Below are positions 10,108 to 19,662 of a DNA stretch of 64,000 nucleotides, one piece after another. The stretch covers positions 480,001-544,000 of the forward strand of contig CAVTQK010000021.1 in NCBI GenBank assembly GCA_963736855.1, written 5' to 3'. This stretch comes from an uncultured delta proteobacterium. GTDB taxonomy: Bacteria > Desulfobacterota > Desulfobacteria > Desulfobacterales > UBA2156. The notes below the pieces were generated by a model. That model was not told the DNA's origin and made no database searches. It was given only the letters and a program-made list of their open reading frames with translations. The translations under genes were made by a program, and so were the position numbers. How positions within the stretch are numbered: the stretch's first letter is position 1; every line of letters starts with the position of its first letter.

Positions 10108-11010
10108 ATGCATTTTAAACCGAAGATAACGAGAATGGATATCATCATCGGAATGCTGATGGCATCCGTCGCATTTTACCTTGCGTTTCGGATCCATTTC
10201 CGAATCCATTACCATTGGAACTGGGAAGCGATTCCCCAATATCTGTTTCGATACGATGCGACGGCTCGACGCTGGATACCCAACATCCTCATCCAGGGGC
10301 TCTTCACTACCCTGAAGTTGAGCCTTTGGGCCACCCTTTTTGCGACCCTGATCGGCGTGATTATGGGCCTCTTTCGGGTGAGCGGTAGCTTTTTCAAGAG
10401 AATGGCGGGGGCAACCTATGTGCAGTCGATTCGAAACCTTCCCCCGCTGGTTCTGATTTTTATCTTCTATTATTTTGCTTCCGACCAGATCCTTCCGGCT
10501 CTAGGTATCCCTGACCTCATTAACGATACCGAAGGTAATTCTTTGCGAATCTTTTCTTTTTTTTTCGCGCCGCCCTCCCTGCTTGCCCCTTTCCTTTCCG
10601 GGATGATCGCCCTGGCGGTTTTCGAAGGATCTTACATCACGGAAATCGTCCGGGCCGGCATCCAATCCATCGACCGTGGACAGTGGGAGGCTTCATGCGC
10701 GCTGGGCCTCAACCGCCGGCAACAACTGCGACATGTAGTTTTACCCCAGGCCGTCTCACGCATCCTACCCCCCCTGGCCGGACAGTTTATTTCCACCATC
10801 AAGGACTCGGCCATCGTGTCGGTGGTCTCTATTCAGGAACTCACATTCCAGGGTCTGGAACTGATGGCGGCAACCTACATGACCTTCGAGATCTGGATCA
10901 CGATCACGGGGATGTACCTGATGATGACGCTATCCTGCAGCCTGGCCTTGTCCAAGATCGAAAAGCGAATCTCCATCAATACAGTCCAGCACGAATCGTG
11001 CAAGAATTAG
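10108..11010 (+). CDS. polar amino-acid ABC transporter permease
   Basis: IRNLPPLV, SYITEIVRAGI, GQWEA, VLPQA, IKDSAI. Confidence 0.92.
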   Translation: MHFKPKITRMDIIIGMLMASVAFYLAFRIHFRIHYHWNWEAIPQYLFRYDATARRWIPNILIQGLFTTLKLSLWATLFATLIGVIMGLFRVSGSFFKRMAGATYVQSIRNLPPLVLIFIFYYFASDQILPALGIPDLINDTEGNSLRIFSFFFAPPSLLAPFLSGMIALAVFEGSYITEIVRAGIQSIDRGQWEASCALGLNRRQQLRHVVLPQAVSRILPPLAGQFISTIKDSAIVSVVSIQELTFQGLELMAATYMTFEIWITITGMYLMMTLSCSLALSKIEKRISINTVQHESCKN

Positions 11011-11014
11011 GACT

Positions 11015-11167
11015 CATGGCATCGTAAAAACTCAATATTGGGATGGCAAAGTAAAAAGCTTCAGATGCAAGGCGAGCAAATCCTGAGGAATGAGGCGTAC
11101 TTATGGGTACGCCGCAATGACGAAGGATGCAGCGCAACGCAGTAGATGGACTTTTTACGAAGCCATC
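11015..11167 (+). mobile_element. 153-bp MITE-like repeat, subfamily A, copy 1
   Basis: Near-identical to 28127-28279 and 56248-56400. Ends CATGGCATCGTAAAAACT / ACTTTTTACGAAGCCATC; flanks AGGACT / AAGACT (5/6 duplication). Confidence 0.85.
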
Positions 11168-11216
11168 AAGACTCATGGACACAGCGCATCGATGAGAAGA
11201 GTGCCCGATGATTCAT

Positions 11217-12557
11217 TTACCGTATCAAGGAACCGAAAGCGATTCGATTCATGTGGGAAATGAGAACCTCCTCCAGGGTCGGTGAACCGTGATCTTTGTA
11301 TTCGTAACGGATTCGCAAAGACTCTTTATTCAAGGTTAGGATCCTGGAAAGATGAATGGGGGTAGCGAACAGGACAAGGTCGCACGGCGTGCGGTTGATG
11401 GTTTCCTGCAGGTCTTCGATCTGACGGCTGCCGTATCCCATGGCCGGAAGAACAGGGCCCATGTGCGGGTATTGATGAAAGGCTTTTTCAATGCTTCCGA
11501 CCGCATAGGGACGCGGGTCCACAACGGACGCCGCGTGGTAAAAAGTTGCGGCAAGGTAACCTGCTCCGTGCGCCATGCCGCCGTGAGTCAGTGTGGGGCC
11601 GTCCTCAACCACCAGAACCCTCTTTCCCGTGATCCTTTCGGGTTGATTTATGAGCAAGGGGGATTCCGCCATGATGATCCGCGCCCGGGGTGCGTGTTTC
11701 TCGATATTGGTTTTTACCTGCAAAACCCGGGAAAATTCGGCGGTATCCACTTTGTTGATGATCGCCACATCTGCCATAAGCAGATTGGTCTCACCGGGAT
11801 AATAGGTCAGTTCATGTCCGGCCCGATGGGGATCCAGCAAAACGATGTGAATATCGGGCCTGAAAAACGGTGTATCGTTGTTTCCGCCGTCCCAGATGAC
11901 GATATCGGCTTCTTCTTCGGCGGCTTTCAGAATGGCTTTGTAATCCACACCGGCATACACCACGATCCCCATGTCCACCAGCGGTTCATATTCTTCACGT
12001 TCTTCCAGGGTGCACCGGTGGGTTTTAAAATCCTGGTAATCGGAAAAACGCTGCACCACCTGTTGCAGAAGGTCTCCGTATGGCATGGGATGTCGGACCA
12101 CCACCACCCGATTCCCGCGTTTCCGTAAGATTTCAGCCACTTTTCGGGTAGTCTGAGATTTTCCGCATCCGGTACGAACGGCGCACACCGCAATAACGGG
12201 CTTTTTAGATGTCAACATGGTGTACGTGGCGCCGATGAGAATGAAATCGGCGCCTGCGGCCATCACGGCGGAAGCCTTATGCATCACCGTTTCGTGGGAG
12301 ACATCGCTGTAAGAAAAGGCGACCAGATCGATCTGGTGCTCGCTGATCAATGCCGTCAGTTGTTCTTCCGGGTAAATCGGGATCCCTTCGGGATATCCGG
12401 GTCCCGCCAACCGTGGCGGATAGAAGCGATTGTCTACATTGGGTATCTGTGCGGCAGTAAAAGCGATAACCCGGTACCGGGGATTTTCTCTAAAGTAGAT
12501 GTTGAAGTTGTGGAAATCCCTTCCAGCGGCTCCCATGATGATCACTTTTTCCACCAT
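11217..12557 (-). CDS. predicted P-loop GTPase / cyclic 2,3-diphosphoglycerate synthetase-like protein (COG2403-type)
   Basis: IMGAAGRDFHNF N-terminus, P-loop AVRTGCGKSQT, RHPMPYG, WDGGNNDTPF, EDGPTLTHG. RBS AAGGAG precedes ATG 12557. Confidence 0.8.
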   Translation of the reverse strand: MVEKVIIMGAAGRDFHNFNIYFRENPRYRVIAFTAAQIPNVDNRFYPPRLAGPGYPEGIPIYPEEQLTALISEHQIDLVAFSYSDVSHETVMHKASAVMAAGADFILIGATYTMLTSKKPVIAVCAVRTGCGKSQTTRKVAEILRKRGNRVVVVRHPMPYGDLLQQVVQRFSDYQDFKTHRCTLEEREEYEPLVDMGIVVYAGVDYKAILKAAEEEADIVIWDGGNNDTPFFRPDIHIVLLDPHRAGHELTYYPGETNLLMADVAIINKVDTAEFSRVLQVKTNIEKHAPRARIIMAESPLLINQPERITGKRVLVVEDGPTLTHGGMAHGAGYLAATFYHAASVVDPRPYAVGSIEKAFHQYPHMGPVLPAMGYGSRQIEDLQETINRTPCDLVLFATPIHLSRILTLNKESLRIRYEYKDHGSPTLEEVLISHMNRIAFGSLIR

Positions 12558-12663
12558 GCATGTTCTCCTTTCCAATGTTTACCGTGCTAAAGGCTTGCTT
12601 CCATACCACACCTGGAGTATCTATCATATTGAGCCGGACAGATCAAAAAAATCGGACGAGGCG

Positions 12664-13308
12664 ATGACGCTTTGGGTCAATGAAATATTTTTCAGCATTC
12701 AAGGAGAATCCACTTACACCGGCCTTCCCTGTGCCTTTGTCAGGCTTTCCGGATGCAACTTGAGGTGTACATACTGCGATACGACATATGCCTATGATCG
12801 AGGAAAGCATATGACCATTCCGGAAATCCTGACAGAAGTGAAAAAACGGGATCCTCTATGGGTGGAAGTCACAGGAGGAGAACCATTGCTTCAGGACCTC
12901 ACGCCGGAATTGATCCGATCCCTCATCGGGGAAGGGTACCGTGTCCTTTTGGAAACCAACGGGAGCTTCGATATCGGCCGTATCGATCCGGAATGCATCC
13001 GTATCGTCGATCTCAAATGTCCTTCAAGCGGCGAGAGTAACCGGATCTTTTGGCAAAACATTGATCGTCTGACCCAGAAGGACCAGATCAAGTTCGTAAT
13101 CCAGGATCGGGAGGACTATGCTTTTGCAAAAGCAACGCTGGAAAAAATCGGAAGCAGAATCCCTTACGATCACCGGCTTTTTTCTCCGGTTCAATCCGTG
13201 CTCCCGGCTCGAGATTTGGCCGAGTGGATCCTTCAAGACGGAATCCGGGTCCGATTGCACCTGCAGCTCCATAAAATCCTTTGGCCCGAAAATCCCCGCG
13301 GCCGCTGA
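12664..13308 (+). CDS. queE: 7-carboxy-7-deazaguanine synthase (radical SAM)
   Basis: EIFFSIQGE, CNLRCTYCD, TGGEP, ETNG, QLHK; adjacent to queC. Confidence 0.92.
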   Translation: MTLWVNEIFFSIQGESTYTGLPCAFVRLSGCNLRCTYCDTTYAYDRGKHMTIPEILTEVKKRDPLWVEVTGGEPLLQDLTPELIRSLIGEGYRVLLETNGSFDIGRIDPECIRIVDLKCPSSGESNRIFWQNIDRLTQKDQIKFVIQDREDYAFAKATLEKIGSRIPYDHRLFSPVQSVLPARDLAEWILQDGIRVRLHLQLHKILWPENPRGR

Positions 13309-13381
13309 GTCAATAAACCTAAAATTATCATTTAATCTATAGGTTATAACTAGTTATCTCTAGAAATGTTGAGGATACGCC

Positions 13382-14071
13382 ATGAAGCCGAAAGCCGTGG
13401 TCCTGCTGAGCGGAGGGCTCGATTCCGCCGTTACCCTGGCAATTGCCCAAGCAGAAGGATTTTCCGCATATGCCTTAAGTTTTTCGTATGGACAGCGCCA
13501 TGTCATGGAGCTTGAGGCCGCCGGTCGGATAGCAGAATCCTTGGACGTGGAAAAGCACCTGGTGCTTGCGATCGAGCTGGGGAAGATCGGCGGAAGCGCT
13601 TTAACGGATCGTATCGAAGTACCCAAAGATCGGTTTACGAATCAGTCCCCTAAGGAAATTCCGGCGACCTACGTACCGGCAAGAAATACCATTTTTTTAT
13701 CGTTTGCTCTGGGATGGGCGGAGGTTCTAAAAGCCGAAACGATTTTCATCGGAGCCAATGCCGTAGATTTCAGCGGTTATCCCGACTGCCGACCTGAATA
13801 CTTCCAAGCATTCGAAACGATGGCAAACCTGGCAACCAGGGCAGCAGTGGAAAAAAATATTCGAATCCACATCAAAACCCCCCTGATCCGGATGTCAAAA
13901 GCCCAAATCATCCAAAAGGGTATGGTTCTCGGGGTCGATTTTTCTTTGACACATAGTTGCTACGATCCCTCGAGAGAAGGCATTTCATGCGGGAGGTGCG
14001 ACAGCTGCATATTAAGACGCAAAGGATTCCGGGAGGCCGGACTTATCGACCCGATTCCCTATGCCGGTTAA
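13382..14071 (+). CDS. queC: 7-cyano-7-deazaguanine synthase
   Basis: SGGLDS, YGQRH, TYVPARN, SGYPDCR, SCY...CGRCDSC. Confidence 0.96.
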   Translation: MKPKAVVLLSGGLDSAVTLAIAQAEGFSAYALSFSYGQRHVMELEAAGRIAESLDVEKHLVLAIELGKIGGSALTDRIEVPKDRFTNQSPKEIPATYVPARNTIFLSFALGWAEVLKAETIFIGANAVDFSGYPDCRPEYFQAFETMANLATRAAVEKNIRIHIKTPLIRMSKAQIIQKGMVLGVDFSLTHSCYDPSREGISCGRCDSCILRRKGFREAGLIDPIPYAG

Positions 14072-14101
14072 TAAAATGGACGGTTGATGACGCCGGATTT
14101 T

Positions 14102-14353
14102 CTATTTTTGAACAATGGCGCCGATGATTAGAAAAATAACCCCGAGGCCCACAAAAAGGAGGTAAAGCGGTGTCGTAGTCAAAAAGGAAAAGTACGCGCT
14201 GCTTTCCAGGAAACCGGTATTCATGAAATCGGAGAGGTAAAAGCTTGCCTCGGCTCCTTCCTTTTCCATCAGCTTTCCTAGGGCTTGATATCCCCAGACC
14301 AGAAATGCAGCCACCAGGCTGATCAGGCCGATGATGATGGGTTTATTTGCCAT
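14102..14353 (-). CDS. small two-TM membrane protein, unknown function
   Basis: 83 aa with two hydrophobic segments; purine-rich RBS-like AGAGAAAGGA upstream. Confidence 0.65.
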   Translation of the reverse strand: MANKPIIIGLISLVAAFLVWGYQALGKLMEKEGAEASFYLSDFMNTGFLESSAYFSFLTTTPLYLLFVGLGVIFLIIGAIVQK

Positions 14354-14440
14354 CTGATTCCTTTCTCTAAAAAAATGGCCTATGCCCCAGTCGTAAATCT
14401 AAGCCGCAATGCTTTCCCCGTATTTTCCTCGACAGTGATC

Positions 14441-14986
14441 CTAAACGATACGCAAAGAGGTCAGCGGTACCATCCCCTGTTTCTTTTCCTTTAAAGTTGA
14501 ATTCTTCAGACCTTCGATCAGCGAAGCGAGAACGGCCTGCTGCTTTTCGTCATCGAATTTGAATCTTAAACCGACACCTTCCGATGTGATTCTGACGACT
14601 TCGGATAGAATCTTGAACGGGTAGACTTCGTGGGGAAAATTGATCCGCAAGAATAGCTCTTCCCCCACCTGAAAAGGCCTCCTGGAAATCATGAAAACAC
14701 CGCTGACACTGATGTCCTGAAGATAATCGGTGAAGGCCCGGCTGACATCTGCATAATCCACGGCAAGGGTATATCGTTTTCTTTCATTACTCCGCCCCTG
14801 ATCCTTTTCCCGGCGCGATGGATCCTTCTCGATCTCTTTGAGAAGTCCCAAGCGCTCTTCAGGCGTCATCTGCTGAATGAGTCTCATAAGGCGGCCTAAA
14901 ACGATATACTGATTTTTTTGAGCATTACCGTATTTCAAGATCCACCCCCTATGAAAAAGCCCGATAAAAAACCCCTCTTTTTTCAT
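14441..14986 (-). CDS. PilZ-domain (c-di-GMP receptor) protein; true start probably downstream of 14986
   Basis: RxxxR (RSNERKR) and D/NxSxxG (DISVSG) motifs, followed by a beta-barrel-like segment (VVRIT..GVGLRF). Confidence 0.82.
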   Translation of the reverse strand: MKKEGFFIGLFHRGWILKYGNAQKNQYIVLGRLMRLIQQMTPEERLGLLKEIEKDPSRREKDQGRSNERKRYTLAVDYADVSRAFTDYLQDISVSGVFMISRRPFQVGEELFLRINFPHEVYPFKILSEVVRITSEGVGLRFKFDDEKQQAVLASLIEGLKNSTLKEKKQGMVPLTSLRIV

Positions 14987-15403
14987 ATTTCAACAGATTG
15001 GAAAAGTCAATGACCATTTTTTGATCGTTCTGACAATCGATTATAAACCGATTAACAAGGTGAAATATCGGGATTTCGAGGTTCAAGCGTCAAACTTTGC
15101 TTTGAATCGAGTATCTGTTTGGTTCGCGAGGACAACGCCAAACCTCCTGACCGATTTGTTGAAAAAGGGATCTCCTCCTATCAGACTATGTAAACGGTGT
15201 AAAGCCTTGGAATTTTCTTTTTTTGTGTTTATATTATTGAGATTAAATTAATGGGGTATTCATGGGCGATATCGATAAGGCTTATCCGTTTCGATGTTAA
15301 CTGAGTTTCGGGCCGCTTTTGAATTACCTGAAAATCAACTGCCAAACTTTACACGGAACATGGGTTTTCCGAAAACAAGAGTTACCCGTTAAGGTAACAG
15401 TGG

Positions 15404-18400
15404 ATGCAAACTGATCAAAATTCCGAAAGGATAAAACCCCCCCGAAAGATCCCTCGTTGGATCCTTTGGATCGTATCGGGCCTTTTGATCGGTATCGTCC
15501 TTATCGGCGCGGTCATTTTCTTTATCATCCCCTATGTGGCATCCACTTCCCATTTTCGGGAATTGATCGAATCCCGCGCGTCCAGGATGCTGCATCGAAG
15601 CGTTTCTATTGAGTCGATCGACTTCGGATGGAAAAAAGGCCTTCGGGTGGAGTCGATTCAGATCTCAGACGATCCTAAGCTTCACGAGACACCGATGGGG
15701 TCTATCGGCCTTTTAAAGGTCATCGTCGATTTCCCGAAACTGGTTAAAAGCGGCCGGTTGGCATGCGATATCTTCCTTGATGCCGTAGCGGTTCATATCA
15801 TTCGGGGAAAAGATGGAAAAACCAACCTGCAGCAGTTTTTAGCCGGCTTGTCTGCTCCGAAAGAAAGCCGACCGGCCGCTGCGGATGAAAAAAAAGGGTC
15901 CTATGCCATTCCTGTGACCGACTTTGACGCGCTATTAATTATCCGTCATATGAATATCCTTTATGAAGATCGGATTCAAAACCAAACAGCCGGTCTATAC
16001 GACGCGTCCTTGGACATCCATGTTCCATCGCTTATTGCCCAACCTCTTTCCATGAAAGTATCCGCCGAAGTCCGATCCCAGGGAAAGCCTCTCTCCCCTT
16101 TGAATGCCTTTCTGAAAATCCAGGACCTTTTCGATGAATCCGCAAATATTCAGCCCGACCGGATGTCCATCGACATGGAACTTTCAGCCCCGGGGGTTCA
16201 GATGACCCTAAAAGGTAACTTATCTCAAAAAAATTTGGCCGGTACAGGATATGCGGATCTTGAAAAGGTTCAGCCCGTTCTTTTTTCCGTGTTGCCGGAA
16301 CAATTGCTTCCGACGGTGAAAACCGGCCGATTCGAGTTCACCGCGACAGCGACCCAGCTCGATGATTCCCGCGCCGCCTTTGACACGCGCATCCGGCTCA
16401 AAGGGATCGAAATCCAGGCATTCTCCGATAAAGAATCGCCGGCGGGTCCCCTTTCACTGGACCTGAGTCAAAAAGGCACCATCAACATTCCAAAGGGGGA
16501 CCTGATCATCGAAACAGGAGGACTTTCCTTGAATTCCAGCCGGATGGAATGGCATGGAGAAGTGAACGGTCTTTCAACCTCCAGTCCCGACATGCGATTC
16601 AACATGGGTCCGTCGAAATTTAATCTTTACGAATTGTTGACTGCGGCCGAATCTTTTTTGCAAACCTCTTTTCCTTTCAAGCTCCTGGACCCATCTTCAC
16701 CATTGCTTGAAATCCATGGAATGGAAATTTCAGGGCATCCCCTTCAGGGTCGGCTTTTTATCGATATCCGCGGGATATCCGGTTCGATTAGGCGGTTTCG
16801 GGTTCCGTTTCAGGAAGACACGGCCTTTGCCGATGTCGGCAAGTTGGCGATATCTCTTCCTCAGTTAAGAGGAAGCCTCGCAGACTTTGTCCCGGCTGAA
16901 ATCCTTGCTAATGGATCGCTGACCGTCGCGGATCTCAACCTACATGGACATAGCGGTTTGAAAATCGATTCTTTGACAATCCCCGCATTCCGACTGGAAA
17001 CCCGAGGGCTTCGAGTCGACAAGCGTGCCCCTTTTGGATTTACCCTCCCCTTCTCCTTTACCACCTCCCTTGAGGCGAATGGAATTCAGGGTCCGGATCT
17101 CGAACACGCTCACCTGAATTTGTTATCCTTCCAGATTCAAGGAAACCTCGGATCCAATCCTTTTGCAGAGGCTGCTCTGAAAGGGTTTCGACTGCATGTG
17201 CCTGACTTCAAATGGCGGCATGAAGCACTCGGAACGCTTCGTGGCAATGTCTTAATGGAGGCAGAGGCGCCTCATATCCGTATCCAAGGACTGAATCCCC
17301 TTAAAGGCGATGTCGAGCGGTTTCATTTGAGGCTTCTCGTCGATAAAGGAATTGAGGCAACGCTTAATGCCGATGTTCTCGATATGGGGCGCCAATATTT
17401 TAAAACCGATACAAAGGTTGCGATGGATCTGGGATTTCTGGATTCGATATTGCCGGCTTTTTTTGATGACCGGCATCGGTTTTCTGGCAAGGCCCAGGTA
17501 ACCTGCAACCTGTCCGGCCATATTCCGCCGTCTTTCACGTTGTCGTCACTGTCGTCATCGCCGATGGAATGGATTCTCGAACCCAAATCGTCCGTCATCG
17601 AATCAGCAGGGCTTTCCTTGAATTTTTCCCGTGTGGGCGGATCCTGGCCGATTAACGCAGGGACTGTGTTGGAGGTCAAAAGCATAACGACCCCAACACC
17701 TGTGGCATATGCGTTCGATGGGAAAAACGCTTCCGGAACCCTCAAAGGGGATATTCAAATCGAAGGAATCCGGTCCTCCGTGCTCCCCGTTCCGGACGCG
17801 TCACAGAAGCCTTCTCCAGTCTCCATTTACCTGGCCGTCACCGGGGACCACAACCGGCTCAGTTCGACTTCACTTTCAGCCTCGCTGGATATCCAACCCC
17901 TGGGCATCAAAGGGGAAACCTCCTTTTCCGTCGAGGGAATCGACGCTCTTCTCAAGTCATCCAAAGTCGGAAATCCCTCGGGGTGGTCCCAATTCTTAAG
18001 CGGCAAAGCCAGGATCACGGCGGATTTGCCCGAAACCGGAAAAATTTTTCTGGATCCAAAAACAATACTTCAGGGAGGATTTAAAGCAGGAGCTGAAATC
18101 GAATCAAACGCAGATCAAGGGATGCGCGTGAAGATGTGGGCAGACACAAAGAATTTTGATATCGAAAAAGAGAAAACTCTTTCCATCAAAAACCTCAACA
18201 CAGCCTTGTCTTTTGAAAAACGGTATCGGCCCATGCATCAGATGCATCCGGAAAAGGCGATGACGGATCGCCTCTCCGATTTGGTGATCCAGGATCGCAC
18301 TTTCCGGCAAACGGATTCGTTTGAACCCGATATGTTCGGCACGCCGGCTGGTGGATTACAGTCCCGGCTGAACCCAAAACCGTCAATCGATCTCGGGCCT

Positions 18401-19078
18401 GCGCGATTGTTCCTTTCACCCCACGTAGTCCCGATTCGCCACGCCGCATTGGACCTCAATTTCAACGACGGCCTCCCTCAGATTCGACGCTTGGAAGCCC
18501 ATCTTCTTGAAGGGGCGATCATGGGCTCGGCAATGGTATCCCGAGAAGACGATGATTTGAATTTCGGGGCACGCCTGCTTTTTTCCGACATCGACTTAAA
18601 AAAAATGCTCGAAAGAGAAAAACAAACCCCCGGGGAGGAGGACTCAACCATCGGGGGGCAACTGGAAATCGCGTTTCCTCTGGTATCTTCCCTGCGTCAA
18701 CTGATTGAAAATCTCCAGCTCAGTCTCCAGTTCAACCATATCGGTTCCCGCGCATTCGGACGAGTGCTCTATCTTTTGGATCCCTATGAAAGCAATGAGA
18801 CCATTGCCTCCCAGCGGAAACTCCTGCACAGCGGAGTGCCCCGCTGGATCGATGTCAACGTATCAAACGGGATCCTCTCCCTGGATGGGGAAGTCATCGT
18901 CAAAGGCGTTCCCATCAAGATCCCGCATCTGGAGCGATTGAACCTTGCCGCTGTTTCCGGTTTGGAGACCTATGAACCGTATCTTTCATCCTTGAATACA
19001 TGGGTTCCTATTCTTAAAATCGTATCGGATTCATCCTCGCCGTTCGGCTGGATGAAAAAAATTAAAACAAAGAGGTGA
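15404..19078 (+). CDS. AsmA-like / YdbH-type inner-membrane-anchored periplasmic bridge protein (1224 aa)
   Basis: Single N-terminal TM helix, an AsmA-type N-terminus (IESRASRMLHRSVSIESIDFGW...HIIRGKDGKTNLQQFL), then ~1,100 aa of alternating hydrophobic beta-strand pattern. Immediately upstream of a DUF1318 lipoprotein. Confidence 0.72.
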   Translation: MQTDQNSERIKPPRKIPRWILWIVSGLLIGIVLIGAVIFFIIPYVASTSHFRELIESRASRMLHRSVSIESIDFGWKKGLRVESIQISDDPKLHETPMGSIGLLKVIVDFPKLVKSGRLACDIFLDAVAVHIIRGKDGKTNLQQFLAGLSAPKESRPAAADEKKGSYAIPVTDFDALLIIRHMNILYEDRIQNQTAGLYDASLDIHVPSLIAQPLSMKVSAEVRSQGKPLSPLNAFLKIQDLFDESANIQPDRMSIDMELSAPGVQMTLKGNLSQKNLAGTGYADLEKVQPVLFSVLPEQLLPTVKTGRFEFTATATQLDDSRAAFDTRIRLKGIEIQAFSDKESPAGPLSLDLSQKGTINIPKGDLIIETGGLSLNSSRMEWHGEVNGLSTSSPDMRFNMGPSKFNLYELLTAAESFLQTSFPFKLLDPSSPLLEIHGMEISGHPLQGRLFIDIRGISGSIRRFRVPFQEDTAFADVGKLAISLPQLRGSLADFVPAEILANGSLTVADLNLHGHSGLKIDSLTIPAFRLETRGLRVDKRAPFGFTLPFSFTTSLEANGIQGPDLEHAHLNLLSFQIQGNLGSNPFAEAALKGFRLHVPDFKWRHEALGTLRGNVLMEAEAPHIRIQGLNPLKGDVERFHLRLLVDKGIEATLNADVLDMGRQYFKTDTKVAMDLGFLDSILPAFFDDRHRFSGKAQVTCNLSGHIPPSFTLSSLSSSPMEWILEPKSSVIESAGLSLNFSRVGGSWPINAGTVLEVKSITTPTPVAYAFDGKNASGTLKGDIQIEGIRSSVLPVPDASQKPSPVSIYLAVTGDHNRLSSTSLSASLDIQPLGIKGETSFSVEGIDALLKSSKVGNPSGWSQFLSGKARITADLPETGKIFLDPKTILQGGFKAGAEIESNADQGMRVKMWADTKNFDIEKEKTLSIKNLNTALSFEKRYRPMHQMHPEKAMTDRLSDLVIQDRTFRQTDSFEPDMFGTPAGGLQSRLNPKPSIDLGPARLFLSPHVVPIRHAALDLNFNDGLPQIRRLEAHLLEGAIMGSAMVSREDDDLNFGARLLFSDIDLKKMLEREKQTPGEEDSTIGGQLEIAFPLVSSLRQLIENLQLSLQFNHIGSRAFGRVLYLLDPYESNETIASQRKLLHSGVPRWIDVNVSNGILSLDGEVIVKGVPIKIPHLERLNLAAVSGLETYEPYLSSLNTWVPILKIVSDSSSPFGWMKKIKTKR

Positions 19079-19080
19079 GC

Positions 19081-19662
19081 ATGAAATCCTTTTGGATTAT
19101 CCCGGTGTTTCTTTTTGTCGGATGCACGCTGGCTCAGGTGAATGTGGAGGTTTTAAGCGAACGAACCGCACTGGAAAACCAGATCCTGGGCACCTACAAC
19201 GCTTTGGACAATGAAATGCTTCTGCTGGCTTCCGTGAGGGCCGTGGATGCCACCGGTGCTTTTCAGGATACGCCTCCGAAAAGCCGGGAACAGCAGGATG
19301 CGGTCACCGCCCTGCAGGTTTTGGCGTTTCATGCGGACGATCTTACGGCATTTAAAAAGCTGCAGTGGGTGGGTGAAAACAACCAGGGGCTCCTGAGCGC
19401 TTTTCCTATGCAAAAAAAACGTGTTCCGGAGGACCTGGGAGCCTTTGCCGAGCGGTATTCCCAGAAGGAACTTGACTCAGTGGTCTCTCAGATCAACACC
19501 GCCCGTGAAACGCTTATGCGCCGAGTTATCGACCTGAACGAGAATCTCACCGAAGCCGATTGGCCCAGCGTCCGTGCGATCTTCGGTAAGCTCAACGCGG
19601 ATAACGCCCTTCCGGGAGAAAAGATCCAGGACGAGAACGGAACATGGAGAATCAAATCATGA
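19081..19662 (+). CDS. lipoprotein with YnbE-like N-terminus and DUF1318 (YdbL-like) domain
   Basis: Lipobox FVGC after a short signal peptide; beta strand VNVEV + ERTALENQILG; DUF1318-like K..WVGENNQGLL...VVSQINTAR...PGEKIQDENGTW. RBS GAGGTG. Confidence 0.72.
   Translation: MKSFWIIPVFLFVGCTLAQVNVEVLSERTALENQILGTYNALDNEMLLLASVRAVDATGAFQDTPPKSREQQDAVTALQVLAFHADDLTAFKKLQWVGENNQGLLSAFPMQKKRVPEDLGAFAERYSQKELDSVVSQINTARETLMRRVIDLNENLTEADWPSVRAIFGKLNADNALPGEKIQDENGTWRIKS

Noticed and set aside
9154..10239. Long antisense ORFs (e.g. 9154..10239, 28990..29904, 30090..30896, 51290..52111, 54645..55391)
   Set aside because: They are shadow frames opposite well-supported genes and have no recognisable motifs.
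12664..14071. queE-queC as a 7-deazaguanine DNA-modification (Dpd) defence cluster
   Set aside because: No dpdA/tgt-like or other dpd genes are adjacent, and the context is housekeeping. Ordinary queuosine synthesis is the simpler explanation.
14990..15403. ORF 15021..15251, or a c-di-GMP riboswitch between the PilZ gene and the AsmA operon
   Set aside because: The ORF has a TTG start and no motifs, and no GEMM consensus is visible. Treated as promoter DNA.
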